From Acidimicrobiia bacterium (GTDB taxonomy: Bacteria; Actinomycetota; Acidimicrobiia; Acidimicrobiales; JANYDT01), in NCBI GenBank assembly GCA_031423635.1, contig JANPFX010000221.1:21354-85353 (forward strand): DNA of 64,000 bases. The letters run 5' to 3'. A program made the translations under genes and the position numbers. Below, one piece after another: positions 18,464 to 28,939 of the stretch (the first letter of the stretch is position 1; every line of letters begins with the position of its first letter). Below the pieces are notes generated by a model. It ran no database searches. It was given only the letters and a program-made list of their open reading frames with translations, and was not told where the DNA came from.

Positions 18464-19167
18464 CCGAAGAAGGCCAACCCGTCGAGGGTGGTGGGGTCGA
18501 CTGATGACCAGTCGAGTGCCTCGACCTGGGCTCTGCTCCTGCGACTGCTGACGCTGCGCAGTACGTCGAAGGCGCTTGCCCTCAGCAACGGCTTCTCCGC
18601 TGCCCCGTCTCCTGCGAACTCGGCACCGTCGATGACGATCCGGACGGGGCTGCCTCCCGCGCTGCTCGCGAGTTGACGGCGGATGAAGCCGAGTCCGACG
18701 GCGACTGCGGTCGAGTCGCGCGCCCCGGGGGCGCCGAGAGCGTGCCGCAGATCATGTTCATGGGTCACGGCATCGAAGAGCAGTTGCGAAAGCGCCATGC
18801 CACGTTGGCTGGCGACAGCCTCGACGAAGGGCGCATAGGTGTTCCACTCGTCGAGGATCTCCGGTCCGCTTCGCCCGGCACGCTTGTCGAGGTGGGCCTG
18901 CGTCCATGGCGGCGTTGCGACGCCGGCCATGTTCTGGTTGATGGCGTCGTCGATGACACCCGCGATGTGGGCGAGCGTCTGGAGGACGGTCCACTCGGGA
19001 CAGTGCGGGACGATCCGCTCCCATTCCTCTTCTTCGAGCCCAGCGAGCAACGTGGTGACCCGCTCCCGCAGATCCCGGTAGGCGAGACCGACATCGATCG
19101 TGGCCAGCGACTCCTGCGTGTACCCGTTCACGGTCGCCGAGCGTAGATCCAACCGGACGTCGGGCAT
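18436..19167 (-). CDS. DinB-like / maleylpyruvate isomerase-family (mycothiol-dependent enzyme family) protein
   Basis: ATG 19167. WERIVPHCPEWTVLQTLAHIAG resembles the TIGR03083-type N-terminal domain. 3' end overlaps the convergent GGDEF-EAL gene by 28 nt. Confidence 0.6.
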   Translation of the reverse strand: MPDVRLDLRSATVNGYTQESLATIDVGLAYRDLRERVTTLLAGLEEEEWERIVPHCPEWTVLQTLAHIAGVIDDAINQNMAGVATPPWTQAHLDKRAGRSGPEILDEWNTYAPFVEAVASQRGMALSQLLFDAVTHEHDLRHALGAPGARDSTAVAVGLGFIRRQLASSAGGSPVRIVIDGAEFAGDGAAEKPLLRASAFDVLRSVSSRRSRAQVEALDWSSVDPTTLDGLAFFGYPPVALNE

Positions 19168-19209
19168 CCGGCGGTTGCGCCAGTGTCTGCGACATGACAT
19201 ACTTGCCCC

Positions 19210-19312
19210 GTGCGTTCGCTTTCTCTCATTCTCGTAGTAGGTCACTGAGCGCACAGCTTTCGTTTCCCGCTGCACGCGCTCGACCTCCGGTAGATCCGGA
19301 GGTTTTTTGTTT
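19210..19312 (+). promoter_or_regulatory. Candidate ilvB leader peptide plus intrinsic terminator (transcription attenuator)
   Basis: GTG 19210 to TGA 19248 encodes MRSLSLILVVGH, using rare codons CTT, ATT, GTA, GTA. Hairpin CCTCCGG (19284-19290) / CCGGAGG (19296-19302) followed by TTTTTTGTTT. Lies 82 nt upstream of the ilvB ATG. Confidence 0.55.
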
Positions 19313-19393
19313 CTCCGGCCGGAATCCGACCACCGTCCTCCGTCTTGCCCGAACTTCCCCACTTCACCCACCTCACCAAGGAACATCCTCGCC

Positions 19394-21157
19394 ATGGAGC
19401 TGACCGGCGCCCAAGCCCTCATCAAGAGCCTCGAAATGTGCAACACCGAGGTCATCTTCGGACTCCCGGGAGGGTGCATCCTTCCCGCCTACGACCCCTT
19501 GCTCGAGAGCCCGATCCGTCACATCCTGGTTCGCCACGAACAGGGTGCGGGCCACATGGCCGAAGGGTACGCGCACGTCACCGGGCGACCGGGCGTCGCG
19601 ATGGTGACCTCAGGTCCGGCGGCCACCAACATGGTCACGCCGCTGTGCGACGCCTACATGGACTCGATCCCCATGGTGTGCATCACCGGCCAGGTTCCGA
19701 CGGCGGCCATCGGCACCGACGCGTTTCAGGAGTGCGACACCGTCGGCATCACCCGTTCGGTCACCAAGCACAACGAGCTGATCATGAATGCACAGGACAT
19801 CCCGCGCATCGTTGCCGAGGCCTTCCACATCGCCACGACCGGCCGCCCCGGCCCTGTGCTGATCGACGTTCCGAAGGACGTGCTGCAGAACAAGATGCAG
19901 TGGTACTGGCCCGACGTCATCGATCTCGCCGGATATCACCCGGTCATGAACGCCGACCCGATGTCGATCAGGCGGGCCGCTGAGCTGATCCTCGCCTCGA
20001 CCCGACCGATTCTTTACGTGGGCGGCGGAGTTCTCAAGGCTCGCGCCGCAGCCCAACTGAAGGAGCTCGCCGAGCTCTGCGACATCCATGTCGTCACCAC
20101 GCTGATGGCCCGGGGAGCGTTTCCGGATGATCATCGGCTCGCCCTCGGCATGCCCGGCATGCACGGCAACTACACCGCCATCACCGCGATGCAGCAGAGC
20201 GATCTGCTGATCAACCTCGGAGCGCGCTTCGACGATCGGGTGACCGGCAAGCTCGGTGGATTCGCTCCTGGCGCCAAGATCATCCACGCCGACATCGACC
20301 CGGCCGAGCAGGGCAAGGTTCGCACCCCCGACGTGTCGCTCGTCGGTGATGCCCGGATCACGATCGAGCATCTCATCGCGGCGATCAAGGAACTGCTCGG
20401 TACCGGTTCGTCGTTCCCGGATCGCGGTGTGTGGAAGCAGGCGATCTCTGGTTGGCAGGAGAACTTCCCCCTGACCTACGCGCCCCAGCAGGTCGACGGT
20501 CCGCTGAAGCCGCAGATGGTGATGGAGGCGCTGCGTGACTCGGCACCCGAAGGCACCATCCTGGCATCGGGGGTCGGTCAGCATCAGATGTGGGCGTCGC
20601 AGTACTGGAAGTTCAACGAGCCGTACACCTGGGTGAACTCCGGCGGTCTCGGCACCATGGGCTTCTCGGTGCCGGCGGCAATCGGCGCCAAGGTCGGCTG
20701 CCCGGACAAGACCGTGTGGGCGGTTGACGGCGATGGTTGCTTCCAGATGACCAACCAGGAGCTCACCACCGCGTCGATCGAGCGCATCCCGGTCAAGGTG
20801 GCGATCCTCAACAACTCCTACCTCGGCATGGTCCGCCAGTGGCAGGAGATGTTCTATGAAGAGCGCTACTCCGAGGTGTACCTTTCGCCGGAACTCCCGG
20901 ACTTCGTGAAGCTGGCGGAAGCGATGGGTTGCGTCGGCATCCGCGTCGACTCGCCCGAAGAGGTGCAGCCGGCCATCGACAAGGCGAACTCGATCAACGA
21001 TCGTCCGGTCGTGGTCGACTTCCGCACCGACGAGAGCGAAAAGGTCTTCCCGATGGTCCCTGCGGGCATCGGCAATGACGACGTCGAGGTGCACGAGTCG
21101 CAACGTGAACGTCTTGCCGCAGACAAAGCCCGTCGTATCGCCAACCGCGCCTGGTAA
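19394..21157 (+). CDS. ilvB: Acetolactate synthase large subunit
   Basis: ATG 19394 (MELTGAQALIKSLE...). TPP-enzyme motifs throughout, including GGLGTMGFSVPAAIGA...DGDGCFQMT. 587 aa. Confidence 0.95.
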   Translation: MELTGAQALIKSLEMCNTEVIFGLPGGCILPAYDPLLESPIRHILVRHEQGAGHMAEGYAHVTGRPGVAMVTSGPAATNMVTPLCDAYMDSIPMVCITGQVPTAAIGTDAFQECDTVGITRSVTKHNELIMNAQDIPRIVAEAFHIATTGRPGPVLIDVPKDVLQNKMQWYWPDVIDLAGYHPVMNADPMSIRRAAELILASTRPILYVGGGVLKARAAAQLKELAELCDIHVVTTLMARGAFPDDHRLALGMPGMHGNYTAITAMQQSDLLINLGARFDDRVTGKLGGFAPGAKIIHADIDPAEQGKVRTPDVSLVGDARITIEHLIAAIKELLGTGSSFPDRGVWKQAISGWQENFPLTYAPQQVDGPLKPQMVMEALRDSAPEGTILASGVGQHQMWASQYWKFNEPYTWVNSGGLGTMGFSVPAAIGAKVGCPDKTVWAVDGDGCFQMTNQELTTASIERIPVKVAILNNSYLGMVRQWQEMFYEERYSEVYLSPELPDFVKLAEAMGCVGIRVDSPEEVQPAIDKANSINDRPVVVDFRTDESEKVFPMVPAGIGNDDVEVHESQRERLAADKARRIANRAW

Positions 21158-21187
21158 GTGCACGTAGGAACTAGGAAAGAATCAGAC

Positions 21188-21706
21188 ATGGCACAGCTCC
21201 ACACCCTCAGCGTCCTCGTCGAGAACAAGTTTGGCGTCCTCGCCCGCGTCACGAGCCTCGTTTCGCGACGCGGCTACAACATCGAGTCGCTGGCTGTCGC
21301 TCCGACGGATGACCCGCAATACTCGCGGATTACCATCGTTGTCGACGCCGATTCCACGCCGATGGACCAAATCGTCAAGCAGCTGAACAAGCTCATCAAC
21401 GTGATCGACATCGTCGAGCTCTCGCCCGAGGATTCCGTCGCCCGCGAGCTTCTCCTCATCTCCGTCACGGCGCTCCCCGAGCGGCGGGCCGAGATCGCCG
21501 AGCTCGTCAACATCTTCGACGCGAAGATCGTCAATGTCGGCTGGGACCAGATGACGATCGCGCTTGCCGATCCACCGGAGAAGCTCGATGACTTCGAGGA
21601 CCTCCTGCGTCCCTACGGCATCGTCGAGGTCCAGCGGACAGGCCGCGTCGCCCTACCGAAGCTCAAGCGCGAAGCCCCCCAACTGCGAGCCGTCGCCGCC
21701 AGCTAG
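21188..21706 (+). CDS. ilvN: Acetolactate synthase small (regulatory) subunit
   Basis: ATG 21188. HTLSVLVENKFGVLARVTSLVSRRGYNIESLAV ACT-domain signature. 172 aa. Confidence 0.93.
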   Translation: MAQLHTLSVLVENKFGVLARVTSLVSRRGYNIESLAVAPTDDPQYSRITIVVDADSTPMDQIVKQLNKLINVIDIVELSPEDSVARELLLISVTALPERRAEIAELVNIFDAKIVNVGWDQMTIALADPPEKLDDFEDLLRPYGIVEVQRTGRVALPKLKREAPQLRAVAAS

Positions 21707-21713
21707 AGCACGT

Positions 21714-21814
21714 TAGGAGAGAGGTTGCCCCTCCGTTTCTTTGGCGCTGCGCCGCTCGCTTCGCTCGACTGCTCGCAACACCAGCGATCCGTCCACTAGG
21801 AGAGAGGTTGCCCC
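21714..21814. repeat. Perfect 18-bp direct repeat TAGGAGAGAGGTTGCCCC (two copies, 83 bp apart)
   Basis: Copies at 21714-21731 and 21797-21814, in the ilvN / LysR-gene convergent intergenic region. Confidence 0.9.
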
Positions 21815-21863
21815 CATATATGGGGGCAGAACACCTCCGAACGTTGTTGGGAGGTGTTCTGCC
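21809..21863. terminator. Two overlapping strong hairpins (probable bidirectional terminator)
   Basis: Perfect 20-bp palindrome TGCCCCCATATATGGGGGCA (21809-21828). It overlaps by 4 nt a 14-bp stem GGCAGAACACCTCC (21825-21838) / GGAGGTGTTCTGCC (21850-21863). Confidence 0.65.
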
Positions 21864-21881
21864 GCAGTCTGCGCAGAGCGC

Positions 21882-23908
<2,027 letters not shown>

Positions 23909-23919
23909 GAAACTCCCGG

Positions 23920-23965
23920 GAGAGTGCAGCCAAGTCGCTCAGGATGCGACCGAGGCTGCACTCTC
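23920..23965 (+). terminator. Long-loop hairpin downstream of ilvC (possible terminator or structured RNA)
   Basis: 12-bp stem GAGAGTGCAGCC / GGCTGCACTCTC with a 22-nt loop. No T-tract. Confidence 0.35.
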
Positions 23966-24007
23966 GCCCGTTCGTACCCCGCCGCGTTGGTCGGTAGCGT
24001 CAGGGCC

Positions 24008-24994
24008 ATGTCCGTCGGCCGCCTTCCCGATTTCCGTCGCCGTCCTCGTCAGCGGGTTGCGGCGGCGGTGGTCGCGATGACGTTGCTGGCCGGCCAGCCC
24101 GTGGCGGCGCAAAGCGCAGGACCCAGGGTGGGGGAGCACTGGCATTTGGCCTTCGGGGTCTGGAACTGCGGCACCTGGGAGCCGCCGATCACGCCAGGAG
24201 ACGACCCTCTGGGCATTCATACGCACGGCGATGGCCTGATCCATGTTCACCCGTTCGAGGAGGCGGCGGCCGGGAAGAATGCGGTGCTCGGCAGGTTTCT
24301 CTCGGTCTCCAAGGTGACCCTCACCAGTGGGTCGTTGGTCCTCCCGACGAAGAAGCTCACGGCCGGAGGGACGTGCCAGGGGAAGAAGGCCGTCATCCGC
24401 ACTCTGACCTGGTCATCGAAGAAGGTGAACGCTCCCACCGTTGTCTCGGGTGACGGCAACAACGTGCCGCTGCGGGACGAGGAGGTCATCGTCATCGCCT
24501 ACGGCCCGGCCGATGCCAAGGTAGGGCTGCCTCCATCGGTCGCTGAGCTGGAAGACCCCGCCGATCTTCCGCCGCCACCGCTTACCGCCAAAGATCTCGC
24601 TGCACTTCCCGCACCCCCGGGCTCGATTCCCTCGGTGGTCACAACGGGAAAGGCACCCTCGACGCTCAGGATCGTCGACCGGATGGTCGGCACGGGAGCC
24701 GAAGCCAAGAAGGGGACGAGACCCTATGTGCGCTTTGCTTTGTACCTCTGGCGTAGCGGCGAACTTCTCGACGTCTCATCGTGGAAGCGTGGCGAGCAAC
24801 CTCTCGCATTGAGCCGGCTCGGGAAGGGCCGACTCCTTCCCGGCCTGGAGAAGGGGCTTCTCGGCATGAAGACGGGCGGGATTCGAGAGATCGTGATCCC
24901 TCCCGCCGAGGGGTTCGGTCCGGCGGGTTCGCCGCCGGTCTCGGGCACCGACACCTTGGTGATGGTGCTACAGCTCGTCTCGGTCGCCACGTGA
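24008..24994 (+). CDS. Secreted fusion protein: His-rich N-terminal domain of unknown function plus C-terminal FKBP-type peptidyl-prolyl isomerase
   Basis: ATG 24008. Arg-rich signal-like N-terminus (FRRRPRQRVAAAVVAMTLLAGQPVAAQS). HWH and IHTHGDGLIHVHP motifs. Pro-rich linker. FKBP-like tail (RPYVRFALYLWRSGELLDVS...LLPGLEKGLLGMKTGGIREIVIPP). Confidence 0.7.
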   Translation: MSVGRLPDFRRRPRQRVAAAVVAMTLLAGQPVAAQSAGPRVGEHWHLAFGVWNCGTWEPPITPGDDPLGIHTHGDGLIHVHPFEEAAAGKNAVLGRFLSVSKVTLTSGSLVLPTKKLTAGGTCQGKKAVIRTLTWSSKKVNAPTVVSGDGNNVPLRDEEVIVIAYGPADAKVGLPPSVAELEDPADLPPPPLTAKDLAALPAPPGSIPSVVTTGKAPSTLRIVDRMVGTGAEAKKGTRPYVRFALYLWRSGELLDVSSWKRGEQPLALSRLGKGRLLPGLEKGLLGMKTGGIREIVIPPAEGFGPAGSPPVSGTDTLVMVLQLVSVAT

Positions 24995-25043
24995 GCTCCG
25001 GGGTGCACACCGTGGCGGCAGTTCTGCGGACGTCGGCGTTCTG

Positions 25044-25658
25044 ATGGAGTGGTCCGATCTCGTCCGCGGTCGAAAGATGGTGCGGGACTTCACCGACGAG
25101 CCGATCGACGAAGCGACGCTCCGTAGTGTGCTCGACGGTGCTCGGCGCACTCCGAGCGCCGGTTTCACGCAGGGACTCGACTGGGTTGTGCTCGTCGGCC
25201 CGGAACAGACATCGCTGTTCTGGGATCAGACGCTCCCGGCAGCGGAACGGTCGACCTTTCGGTGGCCCGGACTTCTTCGCGCTCCGGTGATCGTTCTGCC
25301 GATGGCTGACCGACGCGCCTATGTAGGTCGCTACGCCGAGCCCGACAAGGCGCAGTCAGGGCTCGGCGAGGGGGCCGACCGGTGGCCGGTGCCGTACTGG
25401 GATGTCGATGCCGGCATGGCGGCCATGGCGTTGCTCTACGCGGTGGTCGACGCCGGTCTGGGCGCGCTGTTCTTTGGGATCTTCCGTTCCGAGAACGAGC
25501 TCCTCGCCTCCCTCGGTGTTCCCGCCGGTGTGCGCCCGATCGGAGCGGTGGCCATCGGACATCCGACCGAGGCGGCGAAGCTGGTCGGTCGTCAGGGGAG
25601 CCCGTCCCGGCGTCCACGCCGGCCGCTCGACGACATGGTCCACCGCGGACGCTGGTGA
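25044..25658 (+). CDS. Nitroreductase-family protein
   Basis: 204 aa. RKMVRDFTDEPIDEATLRSVLDGARRTPSAGFTQG is the typical family N-terminus. Confidence 0.75.
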   Translation: MEWSDLVRGRKMVRDFTDEPIDEATLRSVLDGARRTPSAGFTQGLDWVVLVGPEQTSLFWDQTLPAAERSTFRWPGLLRAPVIVLPMADRRAYVGRYAEPDKAQSGLGEGADRWPVPYWDVDAGMAAMALLYAVVDAGLGALFFGIFRSENELLASLGVPAGVRPIGAVAIGHPTEAAKLVGRQGSPSRRPRRPLDDMVHRGRW

Positions 25659-25684
25659 GCTCCGAGACGAACTCCGCGGCGGAA

Positions 25685-26488
25685 TCAACTCGTGCGGAGC
25701 TCCACGAGAACGCCGAAGTGATCCGATGGAACCACGCCGTTGCGGGGCGTTGTCCCCAAGAGACCCGCGCTGATCGGTACGCCAACCCCTTTCGGGCGGG
25801 GCCATGAGACGAGCACGTAGTCGAGCCGACGATTCGGCCAGGTCGCGTCAGCGAGGTGGGGGTTGCGCCGTGACCAGGTGTACCCGGGGGAGTCGTCACC
25901 TGCCATCTCCCATGCATCGGTGAGGACGAGTCCTCGTTGTGGCGGGGTCCGTCGCCCTGTCAGCATGCGGATCTCGTCGCTGTCGGGCACGGCATTCAAG
26001 TCGCCGCCAACCACGACTGGGAACGCCGTATCGGGGTCAGGTCGTCGCTCAACGATATGTGCGCATAGTTGCTCGGCCTGTGCCACTCGAGTCGCCGATC
26101 GGTCGAAACGATGCTCGAAGTGGGTGGAGACGCTGGTGATCACGCCGTGGGGTGAATCGACCGAAGCGAATATCGCTGTGCGGGGTGTCCGCTCACCGCG
26201 GGCGTCGACCAGCTCGATGGTCTCGGATCCGAGGAGTGGCCACCGGGACATGACGGCGTTGCCGAACGACTGACCGCGCCAGAAGATCGTCGGTGTACGG
26301 GCGGAGTGCCAGCCAAGCGCCTGGCTGATCAAGTCGACCTGATCAGCGCCGCCCTCCATGGCCCAGACCTCCTGAAGGCACACAATGTCGGGCTGCTCCT
26401 CCCGGAGCGTCTCGACCAGCGCCACGAGGCGGCGCTCGTGCTCACCGAACCGATGTCCGACGTTCCATGTAGCGATTCGGACGACCAC
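25685..26488 (-). CDS. Endonuclease/exonuclease/phosphatase (EEP) family protein
   Basis: GTG 26488 (VVRIATWNV...). DIVCLQEV, GGDLNA and SDHFGV motifs. The upstream part of ORF to 26773 overlaps the ABC gene and was rejected. Confidence 0.75.
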   Translation of the reverse strand: MVVRIATWNVGHRFGEHERRLVALVETLREEQPDIVCLQEVWAMEGGADQVDLISQALGWHSARTPTIFWRGQSFGNAVMSRWPLLGSETIELVDARGERTPRTAIFASVDSPHGVITSVSTHFEHRFDRSATRVAQAEQLCAHIVERRPDPDTAFPVVVGGDLNAVPDSDEIRMLTGRRTPPQRGLVLTDAWEMAGDDSPGYTWSRRNPHLADATWPNRRLDYVLVSWPRPKGVGVPISAGLLGTTPRNGVVPSDHFGVLVELRTS

Positions 26489-26534
26489 GAACTCGATCGT
26501 AGGGGTGGATCGGTTCGGCCGGTAGCGTGGGGGC

Positions 26535-27200
26535 GTGCTCAAGACGACCGCAGTGACCAAAGACTTCGGCGATCTCGTCGCCCTGGAGGGGATCACTCTC
26601 GAGGCGTCCGCCGGCGAGATGGTGGCGATCGTCGGACACAACGGCGCAGGCAAGTCGACGCTTCTGCGGATCATCTCCGGCCTTCTGGAGCCGACATCGG
26701 GGGAGATCTCGATCGCCGGGTACGAACCGGGTTCGATCGAGGCCCGCGCCGCTACGTCGTATCTCCCCGACAACCCGGTTCTCTACGACGACTTGAGCGT
26801 GATCGAGCACCTCGAGTACATCGCCCGCCTCCATGACCGCGACGACTGGGAGGACCATGCCTGGGACCTGCTGACCCGTCTCGGACTCGACCACCGGGCC
26901 GATGACCTCCCGGCGACCTTCAGCCGCGGGCTTCGTCAGAAGGCCGCGCTGGCTGTCGGCTTCGTCCGTCCGTTTCAGCTTCTCCTGATCGATGAGCCCT
27001 TTGTCGGACTCGACGCGTCCGGTCGTGACGCGCTCGTCACCTTGCTGGTCGAGGCGGCTGCTCTCGGCGCCGCGGTCGTTGTCTCCACCCACGAGCTCGG
27101 CTTCCTCGAGCGGGCGTCGCATTGCGTCGTGTTGCGCGACGGCGTGGTCGTCCGCGACGGTGCTCTCACCGCCGAGGTGGCGAGGGAACTCGTCTCGTGA
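26535..27200 (+). CDS. ABC transporter ATP-binding protein
   Basis: 221 aa. Walker A GHNGAGKST, signature FSRGLRQK, Walker B LLLIDEP. GTGA overlap with the next gene. Confidence 0.9.
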   Translation: MLKTTAVTKDFGDLVALEGITLEASAGEMVAIVGHNGAGKSTLLRIISGLLEPTSGEISIAGYEPGSIEARAATSYLPDNPVLYDDLSVIEHLEYIARLHDRDDWEDHAWDLLTRLGLDHRADDLPATFSRGLRQKAALAVGFVRPFQLLLIDEPFVGLDASGRDALVTLLVEAAALGAAVVVSTHELGFLERASHCVVLRDGVVVRDGALTAEVARELVS

Positions 27201-28828
27201 GCGTCACGGATGCCGCAGCTTCGGTGACGGCATCGGTCGGTGATCCATTCGTCGCTCTCCGGGATCTCCGACGGGCCCGCAAGGCGAACCGCCTACAGGG
27301 CCTGCCCTGGGGCGAAACCCTCTATCGCGTCTACTTGATCGTGATCGGCGTCGGGGGCATCGTCTGGTGGCTTGCCGCTGTGCTCGGCGAGCGTCAGGTC
27401 TCGGCGTCGACGGTCGCCGACGTCCGCCGTGTCGGTCCCGGCATCATCGGGTGCGTACTCGCGGTTGTGGTCGGCAACTCGCTTCGATCGGGTGCCCGAG
27501 GGGCCGCTCTCACCATCGAACCCGCCGATGTCGCCCATGTCCTACAGGCGCCCCTGTCGCGGGCTCGGGTGCTGCGCCGCCCGGCCGTCCACACGCTTCG
27601 TCGCGGCGTGCTGACCGGCTTTGTCGTCGGCGGGGCGGTAGGTCCGCTCACTGCGCCGTTCCTTCCGGGCGGCCCGGGGCGTTGGACGCTGTTCACGGCG
27701 GCGCTCGGCGCGGTGTTCGGACTCGCGCTGTCGTCGCTCGCGCTCGTCGCGAGCGGTCGACGTCTTTCGCCTCGTCTCGCTCTTGCGGTCAGCGTCGGCT
27801 TGCTCGGCTGGTCCGCGGCCGACATCGCCCGGGAGTCGATCACGTCGCCTCTTTCGTTTGCCGGGACAGCGCTTCTTCGGCCTCTCCCGGACGCTCCGGC
27901 CGCGGCAGATCGTTCGGCTCTCGGGATCTGCGCCGTCGCAGTCGTGCTCCTGGCGCTTGCTCTCGTCGGTCTCGGAGGAGTTGGCGTGGAAGCGGCCGAA
28001 CGACGCGCCCGACTCATCAGCCAGTTGCGTTTCGCCGTGTCGACGCAGGACCTGCGCGGAGTGGTCCTCCTCCGCCGTCAGCTCGCGTCGGAGCGGGCGC
28101 GCCGCCAACCATGGTTCCGGGTCCGCGGACAGGCCGGGCCGGGCAGGGCTGTCGTCGTCCGAGGTCTGCGGAGCATGGCCCGGTGGCCGGTTGCGCGCGT
28201 CACCCGCGTTGTCGTGCTGGCGGTCGTTGCGGGTGCCCTCATGAGACTCGCGTACGAGGGGGCGCTCCCTCTAGTAGTACTAAGCGCGCTTTGTTTCTTC
28301 GTCATGGGTCTCGATCTCGTCGAACCGTTGGCACAGGACGCGGATCGGCCTGATCTGCTGAAGTCGCTCCCCCGACACCGCGGCCGAATGGCGAACCGTC
28401 AACTCATCGTCCCGAGCGCTGTCGCAGCGCTCTTCGGTCTCGTGGCCGGTCTCGCTGCCATCGCCGCCGGTGTGTTCACCGGGTCGACGGTGGGGCCGAA
28501 CACCGAAACCGCTCTGGCCCTCGTATTCTCGGCGGTCGCCGGAGCGGTGATGGGTGCGCTCGGTGGTGCCGTGAATGTGGCGCAGGGTCCACCCTCGCTC
28601 AGCACGATGCTGTCCACCCCGGAGTTCGCGTTCCTCCGCACCTCGCTCCCCGTGATCCTCACGGTGGTCGGCACGGTCGGACCGCTGCTCTCGTGTCGCG
28701 TTGCGGCGAACGACGCCAAGTCGCCGTCGGTGTATCCGGGGATGGTTCGTGGCCTGTTGGTGGTCGGACTCATCGGCTATGGCGTGGTCCTGTGGATCAC
28801 CGACGGCGGGATACGAGAACCGAAGTAG
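27197..28828 (+). CDS. Large polytopic membrane protein, probable permease partner of the preceding ATPase (family not recognised)
   Basis: GTG 27197 overlapping the ATPase stop. 543 aa, Ala/Leu/Val/Gly-rich with many hydrophobic segments separated by Arg-rich loops. Confidence 0.6.
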   Translation: MSVTDAAASVTASVGDPFVALRDLRRARKANRLQGLPWGETLYRVYLIVIGVGGIVWWLAAVLGERQVSASTVADVRRVGPGIIGCVLAVVVGNSLRSGARGAALTIEPADVAHVLQAPLSRARVLRRPAVHTLRRGVLTGFVVGGAVGPLTAPFLPGGPGRWTLFTAALGAVFGLALSSLALVASGRRLSPRLALAVSVGLLGWSAADIARESITSPLSFAGTALLRPLPDAPAAADRSALGICAVAVVLLALALVGLGGVGVEAAERRARLISQLRFAVSTQDLRGVVLLRRQLASERARRQPWFRVRGQAGPGRAVVVRGLRSMARWPVARVTRVVVLAVVAGALMRLAYEGALPLVVLSALCFFVMGLDLVEPLAQDADRPDLLKSLPRHRGRMANRQLIVPSAVAALFGLVAGLAAIAAGVFTGSTVGPNTETALALVFSAVAGAVMGALGGAVNVAQGPPSLSTMLSTPEFAFLRTSLPVILTVVGTVGPLLSCRVAANDAKSPSVYPGMVRGLLVVGLIGYGVVLWITDGGIREPK

Positions 28829-28939
28829 CACCTTGGGAACTCGTCTCCGCGTCAATTCGCCAGTCCCTCGCTTTTGTTGACCGTTCGTCGCAAGTGACGG
28901 TGAACTCCTGGCGGAGCGGGCCTCGAACCCGTCATCCTT

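Noticed and set aside
19610-21163. 517-aa ORF antisense to ilvB
   Set aside because: ilvB on the plus strand is unambiguous, so the antisense frame is a GC-driven open frame.
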